A stretch of DNA of 64,000 nt from Owenia fusiformis (taxonomy: Eukaryota). Below, piece by piece: positions 11,411 to 44,000 of this stretch; positions within the stretch are counted from its first letter, which is position 1, and each line of letters begins with the position of its first letter. The position numbers and the translations under genes are program-made. The DNA lies in assembly GCA_903813345.2 (NCBI GenBank), contig CAIIXF020000001.1:10354001-10418000 (forward strand), read 5' to 3'. The notes beneath the pieces are model-generated. The model worked only from the letters and a program-made list of their open reading frames with translations, was not told the origin of the DNA and searched no databases.

Positions 11411-14400
11411 CTCTAATAGTCATGTATAATGGGAGAAGAAAGGTAAGGATATTTTGACTCCTGTCTTATCCTCAGAGTAAAGTTTATTATGTGCAATAAG
11501 GTGTCTGAAATATAGAAGAAAGGAATAATATAGCTCTCTCAAGAGATAAATATATATCAAGTAATGAAATGATATCTGTACCTTCATGGTACTAATAATA
11601 ATCACAAAAACAACCAGAAATCTCTGGAATGGGATAATAAATAGAATAGATATATTTATTTAATAGCCTACAAGGTTACTTACACTCGTAAATAAATGAA
11701 ATATCTATCATTAGATTGGATGGAGTCTATTGAACGTAACTTGAGGACATGTATGTGACTTACTTCGTTCCAAAGCCTTCTCTATATTCCGGCTTTGAGT
11801 AGAAAGATTAGCTGCCTTAGTATTGTAAATATTGTAAATCAATGTGTCACACGCACAGTGAATACGGCATAATAATATGAAATATACCTTTATGTATAGA
11901 TTTGAGAAACATCAGCACACATCTCCGTCTGAATCTATTGTTACATTTGATTTCTTTAAGCGAGAATAATTTCAAAGTTTCCTACATTATTCACGTCTGG
12001 AACCGGAAGCCATTTTTAAGCTAGGCCTACAGCGAGAAAATTTCACCATGTGTCAAACTCCGAAAAGAAATTTTGAAATATCTAAATCCAGACAAGCAAC
12101 ACTTCATCCTCAATATAATTAATATTCTTAAATATTTATAAAATTTATCAAAAATGATTTCTAGGTGCGTGTAGCAATTTATACATACGAAATACGAGTA
12201 CATACGAAATCAATGAAGTTACATCTAGCTGTAAGGTAGAGACTCGAGTAATATGTGACGTGTCCATATTCATCACTAAATTAATTCTTTTGTATAAATT
12301 CAAGTTTTAAACCATATGTACGAGATGTCAATTGAATATTTCAAACATAAAACTACAAAGTCATAAAGACAAAAGATAAAACGTGTTTGAAATTTTTTGA
12401 ACATCTTTAAACTGACGTTTTTTGTGTGAAATATTACGATAAAATTTTCACAAAACGATTAAGCGATAGATAAATGTATATACAAGAGATAAATGTCGAT
12501 AAAAAGAATCGAAATGTATAACTTACATTGATGTTAATGGATTTTGTACGCAACTAGGGAGAAAACCCTCCAACTACAATCCTATCGAAATCTCGTCTGA
12601 AGTCTCATCTCGTACTCTCGAGATCTGAAGCTTGATGTTTCGTTCAGTGTAACTTACCAGAAACATTTACCTGGGATAACCGGGGAATGGTCTTCTCAGG
12701 GCTTGTTCATACCTAAACCTTAACCGACTCTCACATTGCCATAAATGAAATTATTGTCAATAATTTGAATATTTATGTGTGTACTACATACAATACAATT
12801 CCCTGGGAAACAAAACACAAATACGTTTTATATGTTCAAAATGAGCCATTTGATTGATGCAAACACTAAATAGCTTCATAAATAACATCTACAAAGTATA
12901 TCTAATAGTAATTTTCAATTTCAATGTTGAAACTTCCCTGGTTAAGATTATATGGGAAATCATCACGAGACGAAGATCGTTCGCCTTCCTGGCTTACCTC
13001 TGAATCGTGTACCGGGCAATCTCTTTATATAGTTTAGCGAGAGCGGTGCGCCTGCGCAGTTTTAAACTTTGGCGCACACTTTAAGCAATACATTCAAGGC
13101 AGAATGGATTCTTGATTACAATGGCAATTTCAATATAGCCTCCTTTTTGAAACTAAAATTTTTGCTATACTTTCATATTGTGTATCTTCCACACTTAGGA
13201 CCCTCTCTTATTTCATGTTTGAATTATAAAATAGTGTCAATACTAAACAATAAATGTAAATTCAGAGGGGGTCTGGTTTGTGGAAGTACCTCAATCTGTC
13301 AATGAATGGGGAAGGTCATTCACTGTTTACAACAAAAACACAATAGGGTGTCTTTCAATACAATAGGATTACTAACTATTTATGCATGAATGGCACATGA
13401 AATGAAGCTTAGTAGATTAGGACACATTGTAGTTCTTATATTGACTAGTAAAATTAAGTTTATCTACAAAACTCAAGATTTTAATCAAGGTTCTGTAAAA
13501 ATATGTCAAAAGAGTCAACATGACACGTGCTAAGAATCCTGTTAAAAACACCTTTTTACCATAATTTCCACACTATTTTGTGATTTGTTGAAAATATACT
13601 TAATAAAGATTCAAATTGCATAGAAATAATTCTGGAATTCCATTTTACCCTTTTCAATAATTTTCTAAGTTCTTATAGGTACACTAATAGGTACGGATCC
13701 TTTCAAAAATTGAACATCATTTGGTGCATTCTGACCAATTCAAGAGTGAGAATAGGGGGAAAATTTCGAAAATTGAACATCATTTGGTGCATTCTGACCA
13801 ATTCAGCGTATGCAATGAGTTATTGACAATCCATAACCATCTATTTTGATTTCCAGTTAAAATTCTGACTATTTAGGGGTACATGTTCATGAATAGGAAG
13901 GTGTCTAACCTTTTTTGTCATCACAATCCATGCAGGAAAACCACTTTTCAATTTTTCCTCAAATCTGTATACATGTTCTATGTGCACAAATTATGTATGG
14001 AATATATTGGATGTTAATTTATTTTCTGTTTATTACTGTATGTACTGCTTATTCAAATCATGAACAATGAACATATGTCATATGAATGACTGATCAAGAT
14101 TTGCTTTTCATGATTCCTTTCACATTTTATTTAAGCATGCAACAATTTATATGTTATTTCGTTGCCATTTTATGCATTTTATACCCCAACCTTTTTAAGG
14201 TTATGATGAGCTTACAACTTTGTAAACAAAATCGAAAACTTGTTTTGTAAATCGTTGAGAGCCATTGCTATGTTTTATAAAAAAGAGAACATACAAACAG
14301 AAAAACAAAGTCAGTGACCTATGATTTTTATTTTCTTAAAATTAACTAATATACAGATTTTCAATTTGAATATACAGTACATCTGTAGAGTTTATAGTTA

Positions 14401-15579
14401 AGGTACTTTATCTATAGTATTAGACCATTAACTTACCATTTTTAGAATTTTCCAGCTTCAAGATTGGTTCTCTCTAACCCAGAACTATAAATAAAAAGTA
14501 TTCACATTTAACTTCCCATAGTAATGTCACTTAAATGTTTCCCATATGATATTTAACTTTGGTTCACTTAAAATTGTCTCTAATGTCAGTATACATGTAC
14601 TTGCAACTCCTTTTCAACTCACCTGAGAGTAGTTTTGATGGTCTTTTAAATAAAATCTATTTAGTGAAAGGCAAATTCATGTTTTTATATCTTTGCTCTT
14701 ACATTTGAAAGGTGTGTAATAGTCAATACAATATATTTCTGGCCTAAACCCTATTTATTTAACAACATTGAAAATATGAAAATATGTAATATTTGGTATA
14801 TGATAGCTATGATTGCTTTCAACTTCTGAGCATTATCTTAATTTCACAAAGTTGGAGACAGTGCAAATTAATATTTTGTCTGAAATCCAAGAAAAACATT
14901 ATTCATTTTGTTAGATTATTATCTTCAAAATGTTTGCACCAGTTTTGGAATAAGAGTTCAAAAATAGCAATATGTCAAATTTTAAAGATACATTAAATGA
15001 GACAATTATCTTACAATAAATTGCACCAGTTTTTGGGACATAAGAGTTGAAAAATGACAAAATGTCAAATTTAAGAAATATTTAGGATTGATATTTGGTT
15101 GAGGCACAAGATCAAAAATGAAAAATGTTGAAGTAACAAAAATGTTCTTAAAACAATTGATATCACTGAGTTTACATTTTGGTTGGTAAAACAGAAATAC
15201 ATTTGTATGTTTATTGCAAAATTGAATCTAAAGTAATCAAAACATAAGCTATAGGGCTGTGTAAGCTAAACCATCATAAGATATTTGGCGATAGGTTTTC
15301 TTTAAGGGGCAATGCATTGCATGGTTATTTCTGAAATCATAGTTCATTTCTTGATCCATCAGAATCAAGTACCAATATTTGGATTAAGGTGTACTTGTTT
15401 TGTTTTATATTAAGTATAAATAATTAAAAATGTCCTAATCTTTAGGCATTAAAAAAGATCCTTAACTCAGCTAGACTGTGGAATTAAACTGTAGGTGGTA
15501 TGCCAGCATCTGAACTATCTCATACATGTATTTAGTCATCTAAGTTTTTTATGTACATTTTTAGCATCTGTACTTTCAG

Positions 15580-26754
<11,175 letters not shown>

Positions 26755-27578
26755 AATCATGAGACATAGCCAAATATGGTACAGTAAATAACTATGATAC
26801 ATCACAAAATGGATTTGATAAGCTTGTCATGTTGATCCTATCAACAATGTGCTGGGGATATTATATGACAGGCATTTTGAAATTGGCAATCATTTTAACA
26901 AGAAGCATAACATTATCAATTTGCCATAATGGTGTCAGTTTTCATGTTTCGCCAGAACTTGCAAAGTTATGAAGCAATTTTGTTGATTTTTGAATGTGTA
27001 AATACTAGTGGTGCAGAAAATAGTCGTAGAGTTGCATTATCGACACATTGACCAATTTTATTGTTCATTTACGCAATATGAGATTTCGGATTGATTATTG
27101 TTAAAGCTGAAGTTGGTATATATCAAAGTGTCTCCAATAATTGTGTCGACTCCAGGATCCATAATCGCAACTTGCTATAGTCCGTTTTAAGTCACTATAG
27201 CGAGTCTTACGTATTACAACGAATTTTAGATGTTCGCCGAGGAAAAAAACATGTTGTAAGAGTAATGCTAATTAAAGAGAAATAGAGCTGTTTATTGGAA
27301 GAATATAGCAACAAAATGATCTACTAATCCACAGTAATCTAGATCTTTGTGTTCATTAAGGCATCAATAGCAATAGACTGTTTTGGAAGTGAATTCTTGA
27401 ATTTTCTTCAATAATTTAAGTAGAGTAAAGACACCAAAAGACATGTTTTTTCGTTGACTCCTGGCTCCATTCTTCATATTCGTGTCAACTCGAGTTTTGT
27501 TCGCGAATTGCACTAATAGTAAATACATGACACATTATCCTTTCACAATTTGCTCAATATCATCTCACATTTTTTGTG

Positions 27579-27694
27579 CTCAAATTAAATTTTGAACAAT
27601 ATGGCAACTCAAATTAAATTTTGAACAATATGGCAACTCAAATTAAATTTTGAACAATATGGCAACTCAAATTACATTTTGAACAATATGGCAA
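27579..27694. repeat. 29-bp minisatellite x4
   Basis: CTCAAATTAAATTTTGAACAATATGGCAA repeated four times; AATAAA follows. Confidence 0.9.
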
Positions 27695-29148
27695 TAAAAA
27701 GTAATGGACTGATTCAGAAGTTTTTATTCCTATACCAGTTCTTCAAAATGGCTTCTTTAGAGTGAAGGATGTAAAAATCATGCAAGGATTGACTTCATGA
27801 TGGATAAGTTCACTCTTGGTTCATCACTAGTACAATAGAACAGAACATAAAACAATAAATAGTTTCTATACATAACTTTTCTCCTTTATTTATCATACAA
27901 TAAATTAATCTGGGTAGACCTACTCAGATAGGCTACTTGGTTCACATGTTAAAACTCTGCTTAAGGCTCTACAATTTTTCTTTCAGTAACATACATTAAA
28001 AATAAATGAAATATTTTGACCAGATCAATTTTTCCATTTTGGCAATTTTCTTATTGTTTGGACTACAGATACTGTACATTGCATATTTATATTGAAACAA
28101 ATGCCAATAAAACTATATCATTACAAAAACAGCTTGGCTTTTTGTTGAATCTAAATAGAAAGACGACTTGAAGTGTCAAAATTTACTATTGCCCATCAGA
28201 AAATAATCATCAATACAAATCAATATTTCATCCTATAAAGATCTGTATCCAAGATTGACAAACTTCATTTTGAAAAATTTGTTTTAAATTTCTCATATTT
28301 TCCACATTTCAGAAATCAATAGCAATCAACCGATTTTTATAATCAGATTTTGTATTTTTGAGGGAATTATCTTACTTTTATCTAGTTTAGAATATTAGAG
28401 GAGTTTGCATCTTGGATACATTGCTCTAGATTAAAGGTCAATATCTCAGTTGATTATTTTGTTCAGATCTTGTACACAACTTTGAATATTAACAATGTGC
28501 TTTAGCTCTCACAGCAGACATTTAAATGCACAACATAACAACGCATTATTTCAAGCTAAAAATAAAGACGAATCATATTTTGTATATACTGAACATTTAA
28601 CAATTTAGTGCATCGGGTTCAACTTCTATAATTTATATACTTGTAGCTGTTAGTATACCTACCCTACAACAACATATTCTCAGGCCACTTAAAACAGTCT
28701 AGTTCACCAAAACAACTATTTTTGGTGTTACATGAGTCTAATTAAATGAGTTTTACAATAGGGGCAAGATGACTGAATGCAAATTCAACCAGTCTTCATT
28801 ACTTTAGTTTTTTTTCTATACATCGTGCTTCTTTATTTATTTTCAAGAGTTCCTACCACATCGGGAAATTATTCATACTGCATAATTGTGACTAAATTGT
28901 CGTGACAAATATTATGATAATGGAAGTCTTGCATAAAACAAATGCCATGAAATATAAGCTGCAATGTAGGATCAACTTCATTTCCCAATGTACAAATCCC
29001 CTGATTTCAAGTTGAAAATATTACTTGTAGATTCTTGCCCAAAAACTATTCTAAAATGCCTTGTTTTGTGGAATAACGAAAAGGATGACATATGGGTTGA
29101 TTGGTGTCAACCCAGTCGCAGAAGATCTGAACCACCTGCTTTTTAGTA

Positions 29149-29759
29149 CAGGGTGTCAAATAAGTCCCGTCCCCCCCTCTACAGCCAAAACCAAGATATT
29201 TGGTACCAAGTGTGATATATCATTGGAATGGTCTTCCAAAGTTACGTTGATTGGCATATATCTGACACATGTCAATCAATCTCAGAAATTTTTACATTGT
29301 ATCAATTGAGGTGACCATATGCCTAGAAACATGGCAATTTGGCGTATTTGGCACGATTTTAAGTATCGTGTATAAGAAAGGTCACGGGACCAAAATATGA
29401 CTAAATATGTTTATGGCGATGAATTTAACCTATTTCTGGATAGGGTTAGATGTGTAGAAAATAGAGGCGCAGGGAAAATGGTGAAAACCTTTTTGTAACA
29501 AGTGGAATGTGAAAAAGATTAACTTTTTGATGTATTTCTGAGGTCATATCCTTGTCATTTTGACGCAAAAAAGCTACTTAAAGGAGGGCACGTTAATTTT
29601 AAAAGACATCATAAAAAAATAGGTAAATTTCATCCAAAATACTTGAGAGTTGGTGAATTAACATAACTTTGGATGATCTTTCCAATGGTATATCACACTA
29701 GGTACCTTCTGTTCAGGTTTTAGCTGTAGCAGGGGGGACGGGACTTATTTGACACCCTG
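29149..29759. mobile_element. Tc1/mariner-type MITE, TA TSD
   Basis: TA|CAGGGTGTCAAATAAGTCCCGTCCCCCC ... GGGGGGACGGGACTTATTTGACACCCTG|TA. Confidence 0.85.
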
Positions 29760-29890
29760 TATATTTCAACTTTAACGAGACTGTCTAAAATCCTCATGAC
29801 GCACCCTTAAAGTTTGTGCCTTGTTCATGTAACATTTCAATACCCAATGTTCCCATTTAATGCTAGACTTTGTCCTTAGTGATTGATCTA

Positions 29891-36722
<6,832 letters not shown>

Positions 36723-37115
36723 CTTGTCAAATGTTGGAAAAACCGGCAACTTGGAAATTTTTCACTTTCAGAGCAAAGATGGCGACCTCTCGTATTTTCT
36801 CGCAGACGATGACTTCAAGGTCATGCTTAATACGTGTTTTATGCAGAGCACAGACAATCATATACTCTATGTTTGTATGCATCACTTCAAAATATAATTT
36901 GGTACAGGTTTAGGTAATACATACATGGATAAGATATGCATTACTCTTCACAAAGTCCTCGATGTTGTATGTATTGCTTTTCGTTTCTTCTCGCGAGAAG
37001 TGAGGTCGCTATAGAAAACAACATGGTGGACAAGATTCAGTTTTAAATAAACTCATACACAATTACTAACATAGAAGCCCATTAAGTCGAAGATATTTTA
37101 TCATACAAGTAAAAT
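36723..37115. promoter_or_regulatory. Bidirectional promoter region DLAT/MORN2
   Basis: Divergent ATGs ~390 bp apart; YY1-like AAGATGGCG (36776-36784) and palindrome CTTCTCGCGAGAAG (36987-37000, TCTCGCGAGA motif). Confidence 0.65.
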
Positions 37116-39009
<1,894 letters not shown>

Positions 39010-39370
39010 AAGAAATGACTCTATGGAAACACTTAAATGTTAGTTGTTGGTGGATTCTGATTATGATTTAAGATGGTCTGAGCATTGTTATTAGTAATAA
39101 CTTATTACACATGTTTAAATCGAAATACACCAATGGGGCAGTCCTTATTTTCTATCAAGTTCCAATAATTCCTATCTTATGTGCTCCTTGAGGCCCTATA
39201 GTGCCCATATTGCCCCAAAGGGCCGTTCCACTGAATACCACAAAATGTCAAGTGTATTCCTTGGCTGTTCTATTGTGACCCATTGGTGTACAACATGCCT
39301 TTGCCTTTCCTCATACCAATCTGTATCCACAGTCTAGACAAGCCCAATTTGTGACACAATACAAATGTAT

Positions 39371-39749
39371 TACTGTACTCCTGGTAAATTTCGACGCTAT
39401 AAAATTTCACGATTTTTCAAAATTGCAATTTCGCGGCTATATAATTTCGCGGATTTGAGTTGATGACATTGAATCAATGCGTATCTGGCTATTTTAGTCT
39501 GTTCAGAATCCGAATAATGTTTGTATTTCCCGCGTTAGGGCATTTATTTGAATATTCTTGAATGGCTTTTTCAACTTCAATTTGTGTGATATCATTGTCG
39601 TCAACAGTACTTGCCTTTGTTTGCCTAATAAGACAATTCAAAATTTAAATTTAAAAGACAAATTTCGCGACGATAAATATTCGCGATTTTACTACATTCG
39701 CGAACAAAGCAAAATTAAATCGCACGCAAACATTACCCGGAGTACAGTA
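39371..39749. mobile_element. MITE-like element with TACTGTA...TACAGTA ends
   Basis: TACTGTACTCCTGGTAA ... TTACCCGGAGTACAGTA; subterminal TTTCGCG repeats. Confidence 0.65.
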
Positions 39750-41069
39750 TTTAAAATCTTAAACCTCCATATTAAGAACTAATAACTAATGGATTGTATT
39801 ATGGAGAACCATATATATTTATCAATAATGTACAAAACAATTTTTTAATATTTGCTAAATATTGTCAAATTAAAAGGATAAAAATAAAGTATTTTAAGTA
39901 AACCTTGACCATGTTTTCAAATGTTGTGTCTCAAGTTACATTTACATATATATCTAGTATATAAAATAACTAAAAACTCAATTTTTAAAGTTTGAATTGT
40001 CCTAATCTTTTGGATGAAAATGTCCAAACATCAAACAATTTTAAACAAAACATTTGCAATTTTGAGAAAAAGTTTCCCCAAATATTCTGATAAATGGCAT
40101 TCATAGATAAAAATATTTTTCAATAAAATTTAAGTCAAAATATACTATAAGACATTAATACATTGATCTAGTTCCCATAAATCAGCATTAACCTCAATCA
40201 TGATTTTATGCAAACCTATTTCAAACTAAATGGATGATGTATCAACAGATTTGCTTGAAACAATTGCAAGTTTTAGTTGCTGTATAAATCTGGCCTTTTA
40301 CAACTCATGCATTACAACAAATGTTATGTCAACTCTGATTACTGTACTGAATTTCAAAACAATGTTTTTTCTTTGATTTTTTATGAATGGGCCTATGTAA
40401 AATTTAGTGATGCAGGAAACCCTAGGCACATTCCATTTTGGTAGTTTGTTTAAGTGTCAACCTTGACTGATAAACAAAGGAAGATTGACCACAGGGAATA
40501 TTTTGTATATTGAAAAGGACAGTTGAAAGAAACTTAAAGCTATTTCAAGTAAAAGTTAGAGAAAGTTAAATTCTTTGAGATATTGAAGGATAAAATGTGC
40601 ATAGGTTTCCTGTACCACTCAAGTTTAGCTAGATATAATATAAAAACTTTTTAAATAAATAAGCTTTTTGAAGTTCTGGATATGAATCAGAAGTTGTCTT
40701 AACATTACACTGTTGGAATGCTCTAAATTATAAAGTTATATTGCAATTAGTTCAGATCTTCTGAGACAACCCTCCTATATCCAGCTAAAATTTGACTTTA
40801 GTTTTTATCCATCCATTTATATATCCAGTAAAACAAGTGTCAGTAACAGTTCCACTACGATACTGCATAGAGTGAGTGTATGAGCTATGTTCACAATCAT
40901 AGAGCAACAGTTTGATGCAAAATGAAATCAGTCGGGTATCCCAATGTCCTTAATATTTTGTCCAAATGCAGTTCAGTTAATACATGTAATACAAATATAT
41001 CCTTGTAATTCTTCTTTTTATAATAAATATACTAGAAATTCAGAACTTAGGTCAACTATCTCTGGGCCG

Positions 41070-44000
41070 TCACCTCTTTGTGAATTTAATGATATGTATG
41101 TCCTCACTCCGATAATGGGGGTCTTGTTTTTCTTGTGGAATTTCCTCAGTTGTGAATGCTTTATTGATGAGCTGTAAAATACAACATGAAAAAAATCCTC
41201 AATTAAACTTTTGATTAATTAAAAAGTATAGATCATGCAACAGGGTGTTTGTTGATGAATAGGAGTGAACTGCATGTGAATTCAGAAGTTGATGCAGTCA
41301 ATATACACTCTGATCTGAGATCTATATATTATGATTATAATGTGCCTGAAAGATGGAAATGTCCAAAAGATATTAAATCAAACTTTATATTAATCAAGAG
41401 CAGAAAATGTTTATAAATACCAGGAAATCCAGTGAAATTGTATCAAAACAATGCATTGACATGCAAAATGTCACCACCTGCCATTTATTATAGACACTGA
41501 CCATTGAATGGTGTTACAGATGCCAAACACTAAACACCATTCACAAAAAGTTGGAGACTATAACAATATGTCACCACTTCTGGTGGTGGAATAACAAAAA
41601 ATGATGTTATTGCAAGTGGTTTCTATTCTCCATGTAATCCAACTTTGTCTCCACACATTATAATTCTAAGCTAGGTTATACAAATGGATTCCATTAACAG
41701 AACAACCCAAAACTGCAAAAATGACAACCCAAAACTGCAAAATGACATTTTATCATCTGCAAAATTAATCAAATCAAATTTGATCAATATTATAATGATA
41801 ACTTGCCCTTTCATCAGATGTATGTCAAATGTAATCAATTTTGGAGCTGAAAATCTCAAGTGACTGTAAAATACCCAAAAGGTTTATGGGTACAGAGGCA
41901 TGTAATTCCTGTTGATTTGAAACTGACTTCAAGATACAGGGCATTTTGTCAAAAATGATAGGATCCACTTGTTTAACAGTGAAACAGATAATCGACTATT
42001 CAAAGAGAAAAACAGTGGTGTATGTATGCAGTAAGCATTTACCAAAAAGGATTTATAAGGGTAAAGTACCTGAAAGAATTTTTTCTGTAGCATAGGTTTA
42101 TTGCCAGTTGTTCTCTCCTCATAACAACACAAAACCATTGTCTCAGGTCCTGATAAATCTTCAATTGTCTGTACAAGTGGCTCCAAGCTCTGAAAATCAT
42201 ATAAGAGAACTTTTAAGGTTTTATCTTGGTATATCAGGCCTGTAGCCAGCTTTTGCCAATGGGGATTCACTTTTCAAAAAATTCCATGGGGATTCAAATT
42301 TGACAACTTTGGCCACAAAATCACTTGAAAAATGCACAGTTTGGTGGAAAACTGCATGATTTTGATCAAATATTTGGCCGAGGAGGGGGTGGGGACTAAT
42401 AGCAAGGAAGAGAGTCAAGACATTTCTTTTGCCCATTAAGCATAAGCCTGAACAATTTGAACCCAATCAGTCTGACAGTATTTGAATTATCACCTGGACA
42501 GATGAACAAACGACAGCACAAATTAATGAATGGATTGATGGATGGATTCTCTGTCGTTAAGATTGATAATTACATGACGTTTCCTTCTACAGGTATTTTC
42601 AAAAGTGGTGTCCATATTGTTTAAGAAAACCTATTTTCCAATAAGCAGTACATTCTTTCAGTCTGCTATATTATTTCACATATGAATTTACAGAGAAATA
42701 GAAAGACAGGGCTTCACTATAATCTAATAACTTCATTCCTTGGGGTGATAGTCATATACAACTGTAATAATATGAGGTTATATAATGGTTCTTTCTGTAT
42801 ATCGTTTTTATACTCGAGTGAGTATATGATATATTCACAAGTGAGCGTAGCGAACGAGTGAATATATTATATTCTCACGAGAGTATAAAATGCACGATAT
42901 ACAGAATGAACCATTATATAATCTTATTATGCCACTCTAAGTTCTAGTTGATTCGAACACAATCATAACAATTAAAAACCATAAAAATATCCCATAGCCA
43001 ACTCAATAATGTTGATGTTGATCTCGAACCATTTATGACGTCACTTGATTCTAGGAAATCATGAAAATTTTCATGATTTTTCTATTCATTAGTTCCCAGA
43101 ATGCACTTCTACAGTGGTATACGCTGGAGTGTATACGGAGGAGTTGTATACGATGACGATATACCACTCTCCACTGTATATCGTTGTTATAGACCCATGT
43201 TATACAACTGTAATTGGACTTAGAGTGGTATAAGCGTTGGTATACCTCTTCATAATATATACAGTCTGCTAGAAGTAGAATATCGACAGGAGACTTGAAT
43301 GATGAGATGTCTTCTCCCCACTTTAGTTCTTTTGCTACAACAGTTCCAGTTATATTTTCTGCATTGTTCTTTATATTGAGATCCATCAATGGTAGAAATT
43401 CCTTCAGATCTGTAATTGTGACATTGCCTCTGAAAAATCAAGAAACAAATGTTAAGTGTAAAAAACAGAAACAAGGCATAAACAACCAAAATGTCACCAC
43501 CTGCCATTTGTTACAGATGCCATGTTACAGACACCATGTTACTGATGGCAGATGCCGAAGACCAACCACCGACTGCTCTCACAAAAAAAACTTGTGGTGG
43601 TGACATAAGCACATAATAACTTTACAGTAGTATAGGTGAATCTAATATCAAATATTTTAACCACATGAACCAGGGTATGCTGTCTTCCTGCATAGACGTA
43701 ACAAAGGTGATATGTGGATGTAACTGCCTTGATGACTTGCCATTTAAGAAAATGTTATGGTCCAAAAATGATCCATTGAATGAAGAGCTCTGTCCACGTC
43801 TACATGCACATGGATGTGGTGGACATCATTAAAATGCCCACATCTATGATGTGAGGGGCCTTCATAGAAATAAAGCAAGCAAGTACCAAAAATTATCTTG
43901 ACAATTGTATGCTCTGCTTGACTTACTCGAGTCTCTAGCCAATTCTTGGCTAGAAGTAATTTCATCTGGAAAACTGTGAACCATTTGAAAAAAGCTGGCC

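Larger units (their letters stand above)
5808..12770 (-). mobile_element. Ngaro-type (DIRS order) tyrosine-recombinase retrotransposon, degenerate ORFs
   Basis: Split direct repeats in minus-strand order A1(12770-12502)-core-B1(6583-6350)-A2(6350-6082)-B2(6041-5808). The core has gag, RT, RNase H and YR remnants. Confidence 0.9.
4043..13700. mobile_element. Spy-like (PHIS group) non-autonomous DNA transposon carrying nested elements
   Basis: Terminal inverted repeats GGATCCGTTACC..TGTACCT (4043) and AGGTACA..GGTACGGATCC (13700). Left flank AAA, right flank TTT, no TSD. Joining the flanks restores one unit of the ~58-bp repeat seen at 13703-13805. Confidence 0.7.
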
